Shown in pieces: positions 1-14,370 of a stretch of DNA of 64,000 nt. Position 1 is the first letter of the stretch. Every line of letters begins with the position of its first letter. Source of the DNA: the human T2T-CHM13v2.0 reference genome, Homo sapiens; assembly GCF_009914755.1 (NCBI RefSeq), contig NC_060934.1; one strand, 5' to 3'. Both the position numbers and the translations under genes were made by a program. The notes beneath the pieces were generated by a model that saw only the letters and a list, made by a program, of their open reading frames with translations, was not told the DNA's origin and did no database searches.

Positions 1-259
1 AACTTCACTTACCAACATAATAGTGACAATTTTCTTTGCATGGTAGAATTATTTGTAATTTTTGTTTTCTTTTTGCTTCCGTGTTTTCTTTTTTCCCTAA
101 GTAAAAATACATTTCTTACACAAAATCATAATGTTTTAAAAATAAAATATAACATTCAGAACATATTCCTACCTGGCTTTTAGCAAATTTAGAAACTTTG
201 ATAAGATACAAGGTGTTTACATTGCCTCTAAGTATCTCTCCACAAATTACTATTTACAA

Positions 260-1010
260 AGAAAAAAGTAACCTGCAGTGAACAGACTGGTGGCACACCA
301 CCTTCCCAAGTAATTAATCAAAGTAGCATCATCAATTATTGGGACAAACTGACTCTTTGTGCCTCCTGGTATGTTACACTGAGGACACAGCATTATTTTT
401 ATCGTGTTCCTGCCAAAAGTTAATAATCTGAATCTAATCATGAGGAAATATCAGGCACATCAAAACTGAGGGACATTCTACAAAATAACAGGTCTGTGCT
501 TTCCAAAAATCTCAAAGTCGAAAAGAACAAAGAAATGCTGAGAAACTGTTTCAAATCAGAGGCTAAGAAACATGGCAAGTAAATTCAATGCATGATCCTA
601 GATTTCACCCTAGATGGAGAAAAGTAGCCGCAAAGGACATTATTCTGGCAATTGATGAAATTTGAATATGGGCTATGTATTAGATGATAATATTGTATCA
701 GTATTAAATTTCCAACTTTGATAACTGTAATGTGGTTTTGTGCAAGGATGCCCTTTTCATAGGACATGCTAGCTGAAGTGTCTATGGGTAAAGGGATATA
801 GAATCTCCATCCTATACTCACATGGTTCAGGAAGAATAGTATATGTTTAAATTTATAAACATCTATCAAGACAATATGAATGGTAAAGTAAATACAGCAG
901 AATGTAAATAATTGATGAATCTGGGTAAAGAATATATTGGATTTATTTCTACTATTCTTGTAGATTTTCTGTAAAATTTAAATGATATCACAGTTATAAA
1001 TTACAAAATC
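260..1010 (+). mobile_element. Old L1M (L1MC/ME-type) 3' end fragment
   Basis: Motifs ctgaatctaatcatgaggaaa, tgagggacattctacaaaataac and gataactgtaatgtggtt resemble L1MC 3'UTRs. Confidence 0.6.
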
Positions 1011-3740
1011 TAACTTTCAGAATATCTGTTTAAATTCAAAGGACTTAAATATTTCAATAATTGTAGCTTTGGTGGGTTAATTAGATATTTGTGATTTGGA
1101 GCTAAAATTCACTTACCAAAGTGAATTTATTGCTATCAAAAGAGACATGGCTTTAAATTATTTTAATATAAAAATATTATATACTCATTCAATAAACTTT
1201 GGAATGTATACAAAGTAGAATTTTAAAGACCATTCAAAGTCTATTTTTCATTTAATTCTCTTCAGTTTATAGTTTGTAGGCAAATGTCTGTATATATCAT
1301 CTTTCTAAAAATTTGGAATTATATTTATTTAAAATATACATAGTTTTCTTGAACATAATTTTAATAGTTACATAGAATTCCATTGAATAAATGCACTGTG
1401 GTTTGCTTAACCATTCTAAGGTTTATACTTTTACTAGTTTCTATAAATATAAGACTATATTTATACAAAAATATCTAGAAGTTTTATGTTTTTTTCTTGT
1501 CAATGAAATAAAATTAAGGCAAGCAAATAAGTTAACATACTGTTCACAAATTGTCACAATTTATTTTGGCAGGCTTACAATTACAGGTGAACGTTTTAGA
1601 TTCCTCAGATGGCCTGTAAATGCTACTGTAACCTTCTCCCAATGTCCTTCTTTATGTTTTTTCTCAAGGCAACACTCATATAGGAAACTAAACAGCTGCT
1701 ACTGCCAAAGCTATATAGCTTTATACATTTTCCATTTGTCTTCAGGAAGTATTTGTTTTATCTGAAAGTTCTAAGTCTCATCTTCAAGGGTTTTTAGATT
1801 TCAGCAAGGCAGATTGGCATTCTGTGCATGGAGGATGTGTTTCTAGTTGCTCAGAACTGAGATTTCCAAATCAAATTTTGATGCAACATGGTTTCATCAA
1901 ACAGATTTGCCCATAGGTGCCAAAGTCAGCTGTGCTAACTCATATTCTTAATGTGTTTTTCTAGTTTGTTTCCAGCACCTTGAAAAATACTACTTTAATT
2001 AAATTTCTTAAGCATACATGGTTTGAGAGCATGAACAATGAAGTGGTGAGTTGAATATTATTTTCAACTAAGCATCTGTATTATAGATCAGTTAATTTAT
2101 TCTTTTGAGAGAGCACTTTCATCAGTAACAATTGTTTATTGAGTATCCAATATGTATAAACTGCTGAGGTGCTAAGTGTATAAAGAGACACATCTATAAA
2201 TCATGGCCCCTATCTCAAAGAATGTAAACTTTTAAACAATCATAAGCTTAAGATACCATTAAATAGAGCTTCTTATTATGTAGTAGTAGTATGATTTCTA
2301 CTAGCTGCATATGTTCTCTTTTCCTAGATAGAGAACTTCAGCATAAATCAGCAAACTATTTTTAGAACTAGAAGATTATTAAATTGTGCTTTGAGTACTA
2401 AAGGGAACACTCAATATCAAAAGCTCTGTGTTTAACTTTAGTTGCTTTTTGAGCTTTAGAAATCAGGTCTCTTGACTTTTGGTTTTGCTTTCTCTCTCTT
2501 TTACAACTTTGTGTTCCTTTTAGAACCTCATGAATTTTGATAGTCAAATGAAGTTAAATACATTGTTAAAGAGGCAGTTTTTCATGATAGCATGTTACTG
2601 TTTGCCATTTGTGAATTGATCTCATGGTATTTCTGAGCACAAAGAATAAAATGTGCTCATAATTTATTTTCCAACAAGTTGCCTTTTATACATGAATATT
2701 GAAATATTTAACCAACGATTTATTTCCCATAGAATCGTTTGGAGTTACATTCAGTTTTCAACCTTATGTCTAGTTGCTACTAATTCAGTAGATAGAATAC
2801 CTGTTAACTATGATATCTCTCCTACTTGAGGAAGATAATAAAGTGTATAGGCTTTTTCTATGTCCTGCATTCATGATTGTATTTTATGGCCCAGTATTTT
2901 GAGTCTTTTGTAATTTTAATATAGGTGGGAAAATAAAGATATAAAACCATTGTCCTATTCTTAGAGGGCTCACAGTTTCTTTTCACATACCATATAGATT
3001 TGTGGAACTCTAGCAGTAAGCAGAATAGAATAAAACAGGCAAGTAAAGAAAATCACAATGGCATGTGGCTTTAGGAGAGAACTGAGCAGAGACAGAGTAT
3101 ATCAGTCATGGAAAGCTCTCCATGTTGATGTGGATCTCCAGACCATGATGGCACAAAGGAAGTACACTGAAGTCCACCTTTGGACAGCACATGTGGACTA
3201 TTCAGCATACTGTCTGCAATTCATATGTTCCAAAATTCTACCCCCGATTCTCTATTTCGAAAGGTTGAATCTAGACAAGTAACTCAGTCTTCCCAGTGAA
3301 TCAAAATTGGAGAACATTGCAATCGCTATGAAAGAACCTTAATTTATGTGAATAATAAATTACATCAATGTAGAAGAGACCATTATTAGGAAAGATAGAT
3401 GAACGATAACATTGGATTAGTAAAAAGATATATATATTTCTATTATAATGCAGAAATGATATCTAAGTCCAATTTAGAAATAACATTTTCTAGTAAGAGA
3501 AGGGAGACTAATTTTTCATTAATTATATAAATTTAACCCACACAAAGACATTTCTAAAAGAATGTACTGCATTTTTAATTGCAAAAGATACTTTTTTTTA
3601 ACTGTAGGATATATGTTATGAAAAAGAAATAAATGGCTGATCCTAAGCCCAACTGTTTAGAATGTTTCATAATGGCTTAGTTTGACAATATTCTGTAATT
3701 ATTAGTTGAATTTGGCAAAATCTGACAAGAGAAACAATTT

Positions 3741-3742
<2 letters not shown>

Positions 3743-3771
<29 letters not shown>
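3743..3771. repeat. Poly-T tract
   Basis: Uninterrupted run of ~29 T. Confidence 0.9.
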
Positions 3772-3774
<3 letters not shown>

Positions 3775-4344
3775 AGCATGACATTAAGGTTGTTCTTTTG
3801 GTGATGATGTCAGCTTATTGGGCCTCCAGATGTTAAAAGCCCTGCTTGGGTAGTTTGATTAGCCCAGATCTTAGAGTATCCCACCATACAGCAGTTGAGT
3901 TATGATCAACAAAACAAAGAGTGACATAGAGAGGGTTCTACTCTTTAAGTGCAGTGGTTTAACTGGAAGAAATTTATTTCATTCTCTACTATATTTAACA
4001 AATTGATTTAGATGTAGTATTATAAAGGAGCAAAAATGACCACAGGCAAGAATAAACTACTTCTAGGAAGTAAATTGTTTTGTGAATGTAAAGGAAAGCC
4101 TTTAACATCATGATTAGAGTTATCTTAGTGACCTACAAGATCCCAAGTTAGTTCACTTTTCCATGTCCATCACATGATTACCATGTTGTTCAAATCTGGG
4201 TGCACCATTCAAATTCTATTCTATATGAATGCTGCCAGAGACAGCTCACTTTGGAACGTGGAAGCTATGATACAAGCTTTTCATGCCCTGCATCACATAC
4301 TGTTGACTCACCTTAGATTATAGCTACAGTAGACAGTTACTATT

Positions 4345-5425
4345 ACTGAACATGCTGCCAGTAGCCAACTTCAAGTGCCCACAGAATTTATTTTCTTTTC
4401 TGCCTCAGGGCTGTCTCTGAAGCCCTCTAAGCTTGCTCAGCCCTTGCCCAGAAGTGTGGTGAAATGGAAGTTTCCTGGGATAACTGTCAAACAAAAGGAT
4501 TGGTAATTGCTGCATAAATATTCCAGCCTTCCATCTTCTGGAAAGTCAGATCTGAAGGGCATTGTATACAGTTTTTAGAGGGATCCCAGCAGGATTGATC
4601 CCCCATTTGCCCACAGTAATATCCAACTCAGTAATCTACCTTTTATTACCTTTTCTTTCTTCCTTGTCTTACTATATCTGATCTCCTTCTATCACTCTAC
4701 CTTTGGTCAACCTGAAATAGTTGAAAGGATCAGATTTCAGTTTAAAAGAGTTTATTCAAGCAAAAAGCTGGGAATAGCCAGCTGGGAAACACGGACGCCA
4801 GAGAACTGTGGTCAGTGCTATGAAGTTAAAAGTTAAATGTCTTTCTTATTGGAAGAAAACAAATAAATTTAATAGGATTGCAGTATTTTCTATAAAAAGT
4901 TGATTTATGAGTTACAACAATTTAATTAGTTATAATTTGTTTTCTTTTCCATCTGGCTTAATTTCCTTTCTTTACAGCTGGTTTTCATTTTCTTTCCAGT
5001 TTACAAAACTGTATTTAACATTCCATCTTATGACAATGTGATAGTCATGAAGTCTTTGTGTGAGAAAGATATTAGTAGGAGGGAAGTTAATCTATCATAA
5101 AGATCATTAAGATCAACAATGAAGAGGAAGGTGATCTTTTCTGGTGCCTTTTAGTCACTTGCAACATTTTACAAAACAATGTAGGTAAGGAATAAGACTA
5201 ATCTATAATCAAAGATACAAAGGTTATAGCTGCCAGTTATGTGACTTGGACCCCATAATCACATTCCTTTAAGGTTCAAAATAATTTAGAGTTCCAACAG
5301 CTTAGATTTTGAATAACTTATTTTTATATTTTACACCTTCTTTTAGGAGTCGTCTCCCAAATCAGATATCTATGTCCAAGTTCTTATCTTAAGTTCTGCT
5401 TCCTGGGGACCAAGATGAAAATACC
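4345..5425 (+). mobile_element. LTR16-like (ERVL) solo LTR, split by a nested LTR
   Basis: Motifs gatcccagcaggattgatccccc...gcccacag and the terminal ctgcttcctggggaccaagatgaaaata lie on either side of the insert. Confidence 0.5.
4704..5335 (-). mobile_element. ERV1 (MER4-group) solo LTR
   Basis: TG...CA termini, 4-bp TSD cctt (4700-4703, 5336-5339), and a - strand AATAAA near 4751. Confidence 0.65.
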
Positions 5426-5639
5426 AGCTTTAGCTGTTTCGTAGTGGCAACTTGCATATAAATTCAGGAAAAAAATGTTATTTTATTTTCTGTTAAAGTT
5501 TTCTGCATGTGCAGTTACAGAAAGAAATAATGCATTGCCTCTTGTAAAATAGAAGGCAGAGTTTGGGGATAATTAAGAATTTTGTTTGGCATTAATATTG
5601 GGGGGCCCTAGGTATCTTTGCTATTTTTATTCATTCTTT

Positions 5640-6165
5640 AGGTAATATTATCTAGTCTTGTGGCTCTAAATACTACCTAAGTGCCCATTATTTTCAAATA
5701 TTTATTTTCGGTGCAGGCCTTTTTCACATGTGTCAAGATGCCTTTTAGATGTCACCACTTGGATCTCAAGTAGACTTCCTTAACCTGACATGTCAAGATT
5801 GGACTTATGATCTCTTCCAAAGCCTTCTCCACATATGTTCTTTCCCTTCTTGGTTAATGGTAACTTTTTTCTTCCACTCATTCATACTAAACACCTTGGA
5901 GACAGTCTTGATGCTTTTCTTTCTGTCTCACATGATAACCAAGTCATCTAAAATTATGTCGACTCCACCTTCAAACTCTGCGTGCAGCCATTTTTACTGC
6001 TATACTGTGGTCCCAGCCACTATCAAGTCTCACCTGGATTATTACAGTAGCTTCTCACCACTATCCCTGCTCTTTCCCTTGTCCTCTATAGTATGTTCTC
6101 TATACAACCAAAGCAATCCTTTAATTACATAAAGCATATCATGTTACTCCTCTACCCAAAACCCT
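5640..6165 (+). mobile_element. L2 fragment
   Basis: ctcacctggattattacagtagcttc and catgttactcctctacccaaaaccct are L2 3' motifs. Confidence 0.6.
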
Positions 6166-6179
6166 AACCCTAACCCTAA
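6162..6179. repeat. (CCCTAA)3 telomere-type repeat
   Basis: ccctaaccctaaccctaa read directly. Confidence 0.8.
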
Positions 6180-8578
6180 TCCTGCAAAAACTAAGCTTAA
6201 ATATATGAGCAGTTAACATACTGCAATATTTTTCAAGTTTGAGTGATTCGAGGTGCTAAATAGTCTCTGCTTATCCCATCTCAGAGAATTAAACCTTAGC
6301 TGATGTGGGTGAAGTTTCAAGTTTCATTTGTATTGAAAGTAAATAATGTATACTGTTTAGGTTAAATGTTGCCAATGTCTTCCTAAGCCAGTGAAAAAAG
6401 GTCAGCCTATTTAGTTGAAGCAAGAAAGCAAAGATTTGTGTGAGAAGGACTATTTTCTAAAACAAACAATACCTTCACAGATACTTTTTTGATTAATTTA
6501 ACTTCTATTGTAGTTCTTCTTATGGTATTTTGGTTTGTGTGGGGAGTGCTTGCACCTGTTAGGATTCACTGTCCTTTGTTGCTAATGTCCAGTGCCTGGT
6601 AAAGCCATCATGTTTCAATTTGTCCATTGTTTTTGGTTGTTTCTGATGGGAAGGTAAATTTAATCCCTGTTCTTCCATCTTGTCCAGAAGGGGGAAATCC
6701 TAACCTCTGTGTCTCAAATCTGAATCTTACAGCCCATACTTTATCGTCTCCTATTCTACAGTGCTCTATGACTTTTGACACTGTAGTCACCATCCTCAGA
6801 CCTTCTGAATCCTTGACACCTTTATCTTACTCAGTGAAATGACTCTGACTTCACTTATGTAATTATCCAGTTCATACTCGAGTGAACTCATTGTTTTCTC
6901 AGTATCCTAGCTTCTCATACTTCTTAGTTTTTGACTTGTGTGCCCTATGATTCTTCAAGTTTTCCTCTGCAATGGATACCTTTTTTTCATCATCTCAAAT
7001 TGCTCTTGGCCTTATCTCTTTCTCTACCCATTGCGATCACCATGTCCTGAAGGTTTTGAATGGCTTTGTTTAAGTGCCGTTGAGGTGTGCCTTTCTTCAT
7101 ATCATGCTTCGCACTTCCTGTTCTGCTATGAGGTACCTCTGTGTTCATGGCACAAGATGTGAGAACCTGCTTTGGACTCAAGTGTGCATAATGCAGGCAC
7201 GTGGAGGCGGTTGATGATTCTGGAAACCCTTTATTAATGAGTAAGGTTGACAATGGAGACACGTTTTCCCCTTTATCTCCATGATTGACTCAGATTCAAG
7301 AAGTCCCTGGAGGATAGAGCACAAACTGCTGCCAGGGAGTGAAGGCTGCAGCTCCATTATACAGCCTTGTGTTGGCTTTCCTCTTTCGCCTTTTTACCCC
7401 TCCTCTCACACTTGCTGTCTGGGAGCACATTTTGTAATCACATGAAAAGAAGCCTAAAACTGTCATTAGCACAATCCTTTCTTTATTCTCTGTCTGTGAC
7501 TGTTCTATCCTCTGCATTTGTTTGTATGCTACCAATAATTGTACAAAATCACAAACTATCTTGACTATGTTTCTTAGTAATGCATACTGTCGTACTCTAA
7601 CTGGATTATTTTTCTGCCAAGTGATCTGACAAATCATCTTGTATTATATTTCTGCCTCAACCTTCAGGTCTTTAGTCTCAAAAAAGGCCTTCTTCACTCT
7701 CAATATGTATTCTTATCTGCTTTGTTGAGAAGGATAAGACTACAAGATTGGCTGCCACATTTTTTCTACTTCAAAATGTATTTTTCTTTTCAACTGATTC
7801 CTTCTTTCTGCTAAAAAACAAAACACCTTTTAAAAAATCTTTGATTTACCTCTACTTTTTTCCAGTGTTAGAAAAAGAGATATCAAATATTCTTAGAGTT
7901 AATTTCTCCAACTATGCTCTTGATTACATCCAATCATGACTTCTCAAATACTTTCTTTACCAGTTTTCTCATATAATTCCTCAATTTCCAATGGCTCATT
8001 TTTCCTGGATGCAATTGTGTTATGATCTCACCTGTTTCAAAGAAAACAAAAAACAAAATCGCTTTTTAAAAATATCATAATTATTCCTATCAACCATGAG
8101 TTTTTCTTGCTTTTTTCATTCAATAGAGCATTTATTTAAATACTATTCTATCTTATTACTTATTTAGTACTTAAGCCTTGACAACTTAGGGACTAAATCT
8201 CCTACTCTTTGGAAATTATTACCTTATAGGTCAGTGAAGGATAAAATAATTATTAAATCTTGTAGCCTTTTCTCAGTCATCATATTGATCACATTATAGC
8301 ATTTTTTAGTAAATTGCATTTCTTTTATGACACTGTAAATACTCCTCCCTGTATAGCATCTCCCTCTGTACATTTCCCAGTAATTATCCACTCCGAGAGA
8401 TCTCTGCAGGTTCTCTCTGTAACACCCACTCTATATCTCAGTTCTGTCTTCTAACTTCTCTGTTTTGGAGGAATATCTTTAAGGCACCATGGATTCCTAA
8501 TTAATCTTTGCATCTCCTATATTTGGAGAAGAGGAGAAAGAGCCAGTCACTATGATTTCTATAAATATTAACAATCTC

Positions 8579-8882
<304 letters not shown>

Positions 8883-9896
8883 CCTCATTTAGTCCCACAG
8901 CAATTCATGTTTCATAAATAAGTAAACTAAGACCCCAAGTGGTCTAGTGAGTTGTCTCATGTCACAGAGTTATCTGGAGTAGGGAACCATGTCTGCTTGA
9001 CAATAAAATCCATTTGCTTTTCATCATGTAACAGAATGATGACTCTTAAACAGCATTATATCCACAATTATCAGAGAAATATTCAATTATGCTTTTGCTA
9101 TTGTCTTTACTGAGGAAACAAAGCAGACAAATACATTATAGAAAGATTGTGAATTCTTAATAAGAGTTGAAAGAAACTAAGACTTTCTGTTAAACTGAGT
9201 ATTATTAAAATGCTGTTACCTAGAAGAACCTCTTTCCCAAATTCCTCAGTTAATCAAAGTTGTGTTATATACTGAAGTGAGTTCATATTCATTAATGTCT
9301 TTTATGTTGAATTCAGAGTTGGAAATAGTTGTTTCTGTTTTGTTTTTTTTTTCCTTAGTATTTGGCATTAATTGGATAGATGTTGGTGCTAAACTCATCT
9401 TAACTATTAAAGATAATCTTTACCTGTTGGGCTTCAGAAGTAACTTAAGTTTGATAACTGAGACAGAAGAACCTAAAATTAAAAGGAGGATCGATAGCAG
9501 TAAGTGAATAGTGTGAAAATGTCCTAAGAGCTTGCAAAGTGGGAAATTACATGATAGCTTGTAAGTATAGACTGTACTCTGGGCAAAGGATGCACCATCA
9601 TTAGGCAATTGCACACTGAACAACTGTCAATTAAATACCATTTTACCTAATTTAGACCTAATGAACTTGGTAGATGAGATCCCTGATGAATGAATTAAGG
9701 AGCAGTCAAAGTCTCATTTTGGATTCTGTGCTATCTAGGTCAAGAAGTTCCCAAAGGTATGCATGTATTTACTCGGCACATAAAAGCATCAACTTTCTTA
9801 TTCCTACTTCTGGTTAATTCTCTAACAAATATTTGTGGAATGTGATTTTTGCTTTTCAGTTGGTGAGTGGTAGATAATGATATAAAAGACTTAGAA

Positions 9897-10209
<313 letters not shown>

Positions 10210-10486
10210 CTTAGAAAACTGTTCCCTGCCCTCATGAAGCTTTATTTCCATTTTTGCTAATTTTCCTCAACCACTTTCAATGATGATTTTTAAAATCAAA
10301 AAGATAAAAAGAATTTTGTTAAGAGTCTAAAGGAAAAGTAACTCCTTCCCCTAGCAAGAGGGTTGACAAAAGGTCTTTAATAAGTGAGAAAAGGAATGAG
10401 GAGTCACGGATGTCTTTTGACTCTATACTCAATCTTACCTACCTAAGAGGTGCAAATGACACTGTGGTTTTATTTGGAACTTTCAG

Positions 10487-10710
10487 GAAGGGGTCCGGAT
10501 CAGCATATTTCAGGAAGTACAAAAGATGTGTCAGAAGAAGCCTATGTCTGCCTACCTTGCAGGGAGGGCTGCCCCTTCTGTGCTGATGACAGCCCATGCT
10601 TCGTCCAGGAAGATAAGTATTTACGACTTGCCATCATCTCCTTCCAAGGCCTGTGTATGCTGCTCGACTTCGTTAGCATGCTGGTGGTCTACCACTTTCG
10701 CAAAGCAAAG
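10487..10710 (+). CDS. GPR158: GPR158 internal coding exon (recalled as exon 4): Cys-rich/EGF-like stalk plus transmembrane helix 1
   Basis: Acceptor tttcag|G at 10481-10487 and donor AAG|gtaaac at 10708-10716. Length 224 nt, phase 1 in, phase 0 out. Peptide RGPDQHISGSTKDVSEEAYVCLPCREGCPFCADDSPCFVQEDKYLRLAIISFQGLCMLLDFVSMLVVYHFRKAK is recognised as human GPR158. Confidence 0.95.
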
Positions 10711-11276
10711 GTAAACCCAGGAACCCTGGTTATGATCCTGTATTACAGAGCAACCTCTTATCTTTTTAAGCAAACAGAATTTTCCAATTCAAGTTGCTTC
10801 CCTCCTAAGCAGCAGTCTTTCTACAATATGATTGGACTAGAACATGAAAGTTATATTCTTTAGCTGACCAGAAAAATAGAGATTAAAACATGATACTTTA
10901 TTTTAACATTTACAGACTGTTTCCCCTTGTTTAGCCTGGATCTCCAGTGCTTCATTGACTTAAATGACTCTCCTTTACATCATGTCTTTGGCCTCTAGAG
11001 AAACTTATTCTACCAGCATCCAATGTATTATTAATTTTTTTGTATCCAAGAAGCTTTGTTATGTTTATTATATTTTTCTTTTCTTAGTTGTGTTTAAATA
11101 TGGTAAATGACTCAACTATTTTTAGCGCATTATACTTTGAAGAATGAATTTATTTATGACCTTATATTTTGTCTTACATTAGTGTCCCAGAATAATAACA
11201 ATCCCGGGAAGAACTTACACAGTTTTGGAGAGAACATGTCCTTTGGTTCTAGTCTAAGTAATCAAGAGTAGTACAA

Positions 11277-11580
11277 TCCAGGAGCAGTGGCTCATGCCTG
11301 TAATCTCAGCACATTGGGAGGCCAAGGCTGGAGAATTGCTTGAGGCCAGGAGTTTGAGACCAGCCTGACCAACATAGCAAGACCCTGTCTCTACAAAAAA
11401 AAACACAAATTTTTAAAAAGCTAGCCAATGTGGTGGTGCATGCCTATAGTCCCAACTATTTAGGAGGCTGAGAAAGGAGTATCTCTTGAGTCTAGAGTTC
11501 AAGACTACAGTGAGCTATGATCACACCACTGTATTTCTGCCTGGCTGACAGAGTGAGACCCTGCCCTGTCTCAATAAAAA
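11277..11580 (+). mobile_element. AluJ
   Basis: Diverged dimer with J-type ttgaggccaggagtttgagacc and gagctatgatcacacc. Confidence 0.88.
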
Positions 11581-13089
11581 GAGGTGCGTAGAAGCATTTG
11601 TATGCCTTTCAGTCAGGGGTAGATGAAGTGTTAAAATATGCAGGACAAAGCTTTTGGGGGAGCTTTCTCCAGTTGGCCACCCAATTAGTTATATGTAGCC
11701 AGTGTTGTATTCGAATTTGTGATTCTGATGCTTGCAGAAATTTATCTGTGCCATTTGGAAAGAAAACAAAACCTAAAGTTTCCAACCTTTTCCAAATTCA
11801 AATGATCTCTTTATACTGGCAGAGTTGTACAGATTGGTTTAGATTACAGAGCTCATTGAAGGTGTAAAGTGTTCCCATTAGAAATTAAAAAAAATACCCT
11901 CTGTGAATGGCATCTATTATGAAGCCTCAAGGTAAACAGTTTTATTATTATAAAGCCTCTGTTGAGATTCTAGGAGATTGTATTCATTATGTTAATGTTA
12001 TAGACTTTGATAGTCATTTAAAATGGACAGTTTCATTAGCAGAAGAATCCAGCACAAATTAAAATCAAGCTTTAAGTCAGCAAGTAAGTGCAGACAGGCA
12101 GATAGCTCCTCATTTAACCAATACTTATCTTTCTTGTGCAACAAACTGTGTGTTATATAATAAAAATAGTAGCCAAGTAGAGTTGAGAAATATATAACCA
12201 CTGTTACCTAGATAAAATTATAGGTTTTGTAAAAAGCCTGTCAGTGGCATAGCAGGTAGAATTGAAAGGTCTGTCTAACAAACTTCTCTGAAATCTCTCT
12301 GATATAATGTAATTAATTTATATGGTAGATAACACACAGTTCCCTATGAATTTTAATTGATTTTGATAATTAATGATTGCTCTGCTAAATGAGTTGGTAA
12401 TACATGGTAGGTAAAATATTACATTGGATATTTAGAAACCTGAGATAGTTCTGACAAGACCAGTGTCTTAATGTTAATGTTACTTAGCATTGCCGGTTAT
12501 TAAACCTTGCTAATTTCCCTGGACCTTCATGTGAAATGTCATTTTAATGACCAGAATCCTACTGTACAGGACTATAATGAGAATACATAGCTTTACATGT
12601 CACTTTAGTGAAATTTCTATAGATTAAAAACTATTAATAGTAGTAATTGCTAAATTAAACATTATCTAGTTTTAAGATGGTCACCTTTCGAAGAATCAGT
12701 TTTTACAGAATGTGACATAATATAAGGGGGATATAAGCTAATAAAGTGAATGAACATAGACCTTGTATGCTAATGAAAAGAAATGTTCAGTGCAATTTTC
12801 TGCTGTGATTTCAATTGCTAAAAGCAACTGTAAAAATGATAGAACATTACAGTGTAGAGATTAGAGATTTATAGAATGTAGAATTTAGATTTGCTTTTTA
12901 AAGATTTCCTGTGTCTTTGCAACATTTCTTTGGATAAAGAAGAAACTTGATGATCTCTTTTGTAGCAATATTGACATTTCTTTCGGAGTTTCCTATTACA
13001 TTCTCTACTTATTGATAATTAAGAGAACAAAGCTCACATAATTTATCAATTTACATGTATTTTGACCAAAAAATCCAATTGTAATACAG

Positions 13090-14370
13090 AGGTAGCATTA
13101 CAGTTGTGGGTAAGTGTGCAGACTCATGAGCCAGATTGTTTAGATTTGAATACTGTCTCAGCTCCTTGCATACTGTGAGACTTTGTGAGAATTGCTTAGC
13201 CTTTTATTGTCTAGCTTTCTCCTCTGTAAAATGGCATTCACACACCATATACAAAAATTAAATTAAAATGGATCATAGATCGAAATGAGAGAGTAAAAAC
13301 CCAAGAAACTTTTATTAGGAGAAAACATTGACATAAATCTTCATGACCTTCAGTTAAGCAGTGGGTTCTTAGATATGACAACAGAAGCATACATGACAAA
13401 AGTAGATAAATTGGACTTCATGAAAACTTTTTTGTATCAAAGACAGCATCAAGAAAGTAAAAAGAAAACACACAGAATGGCAGAAGATATTTGTAAATCC
13501 AACCTGTGATAAGGAATAGTATCCAGAATATATAAAGGACACATAACTAATCAATAAAAAGATAAGTAAAACCAATTTAAAAAGTGAGCCAAGGATCTAA
13601 ATAGACATTTCTCCAAAGAAAATATATATATATAAGCCAAAATGTTTATGAAAAGATTACCAACACATAGTCATTAGGAAAACGCAACTCAAACCGACAG
13701 TACCCACTACCATAGCTAAAAATAGAAAAGATGGTAGCAAGTGTTGCGGATGTGGAGAATTGGACACTCTCATTCATTCCTGTTGGAAATGTAAATGGTA
13801 CAGCCCTTTTGGAAAACAGTTTGGCAGTCCCTCAAAAAGTTAAAAATTGAAGTATGATATGATCCAGCAATTCCACTCCCAGTATATATCCAGAAGAACT
13901 GAAAACATATGTCTACAAAGAAATATGCATACAAATGTTCATAGGACATGGATGGACCTTGAAAACTGCTAAGTAAAACAGTTACAAAAGACCACATATT
14001 GTATCATTTCATTTAAATGAAATGCTCAGAATAGGCAAATTCATAGAGACAAGTAGATTAGTGGTTACCAGGTACTACCAGGAAGGAAGAATGGGGAGTT
14101 ACCACTAATGAGTTCAGGGTTTCTTTTTGGAAAGACAAAAATGTTACAAAATTAGATTATGGTAATAGTTGCACTACTCTGACAATATGCTAAAAACTAC
14201 TGGATTATATACTTTAAAAAGGTGAATATTAAAGTATGTGTATTATATCTCAATAAATCTATTACAGATTTTTAAAGGAGTTTACATATTATTAATACTT
14301 ACCTTCTGGGATTATTTAAAAGAGTTAATGAAATAATCCATGTAAAATACCTTACACTTAGTCTTCACTA
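13090..14370 (+). mobile_element. MIR (about 13090-13235 and 14290-14370) interrupted by an L1MB-type 3' fragment (about 13236-14270)
   Basis: MIR core ttctcctctgtaaaatgg is followed directly by L1 cacaccatatacaaaaattaa...tatctcaataaa, then MIR resumes at aatacttacc. Confidence 0.65.

Noticed and set aside
10450-10486. Start of the 137-aa ORF as a gene start
   Set aside because: Non-ATG start in intronic sequence upstream of a clear splice acceptor. The real unit is an internal exon.
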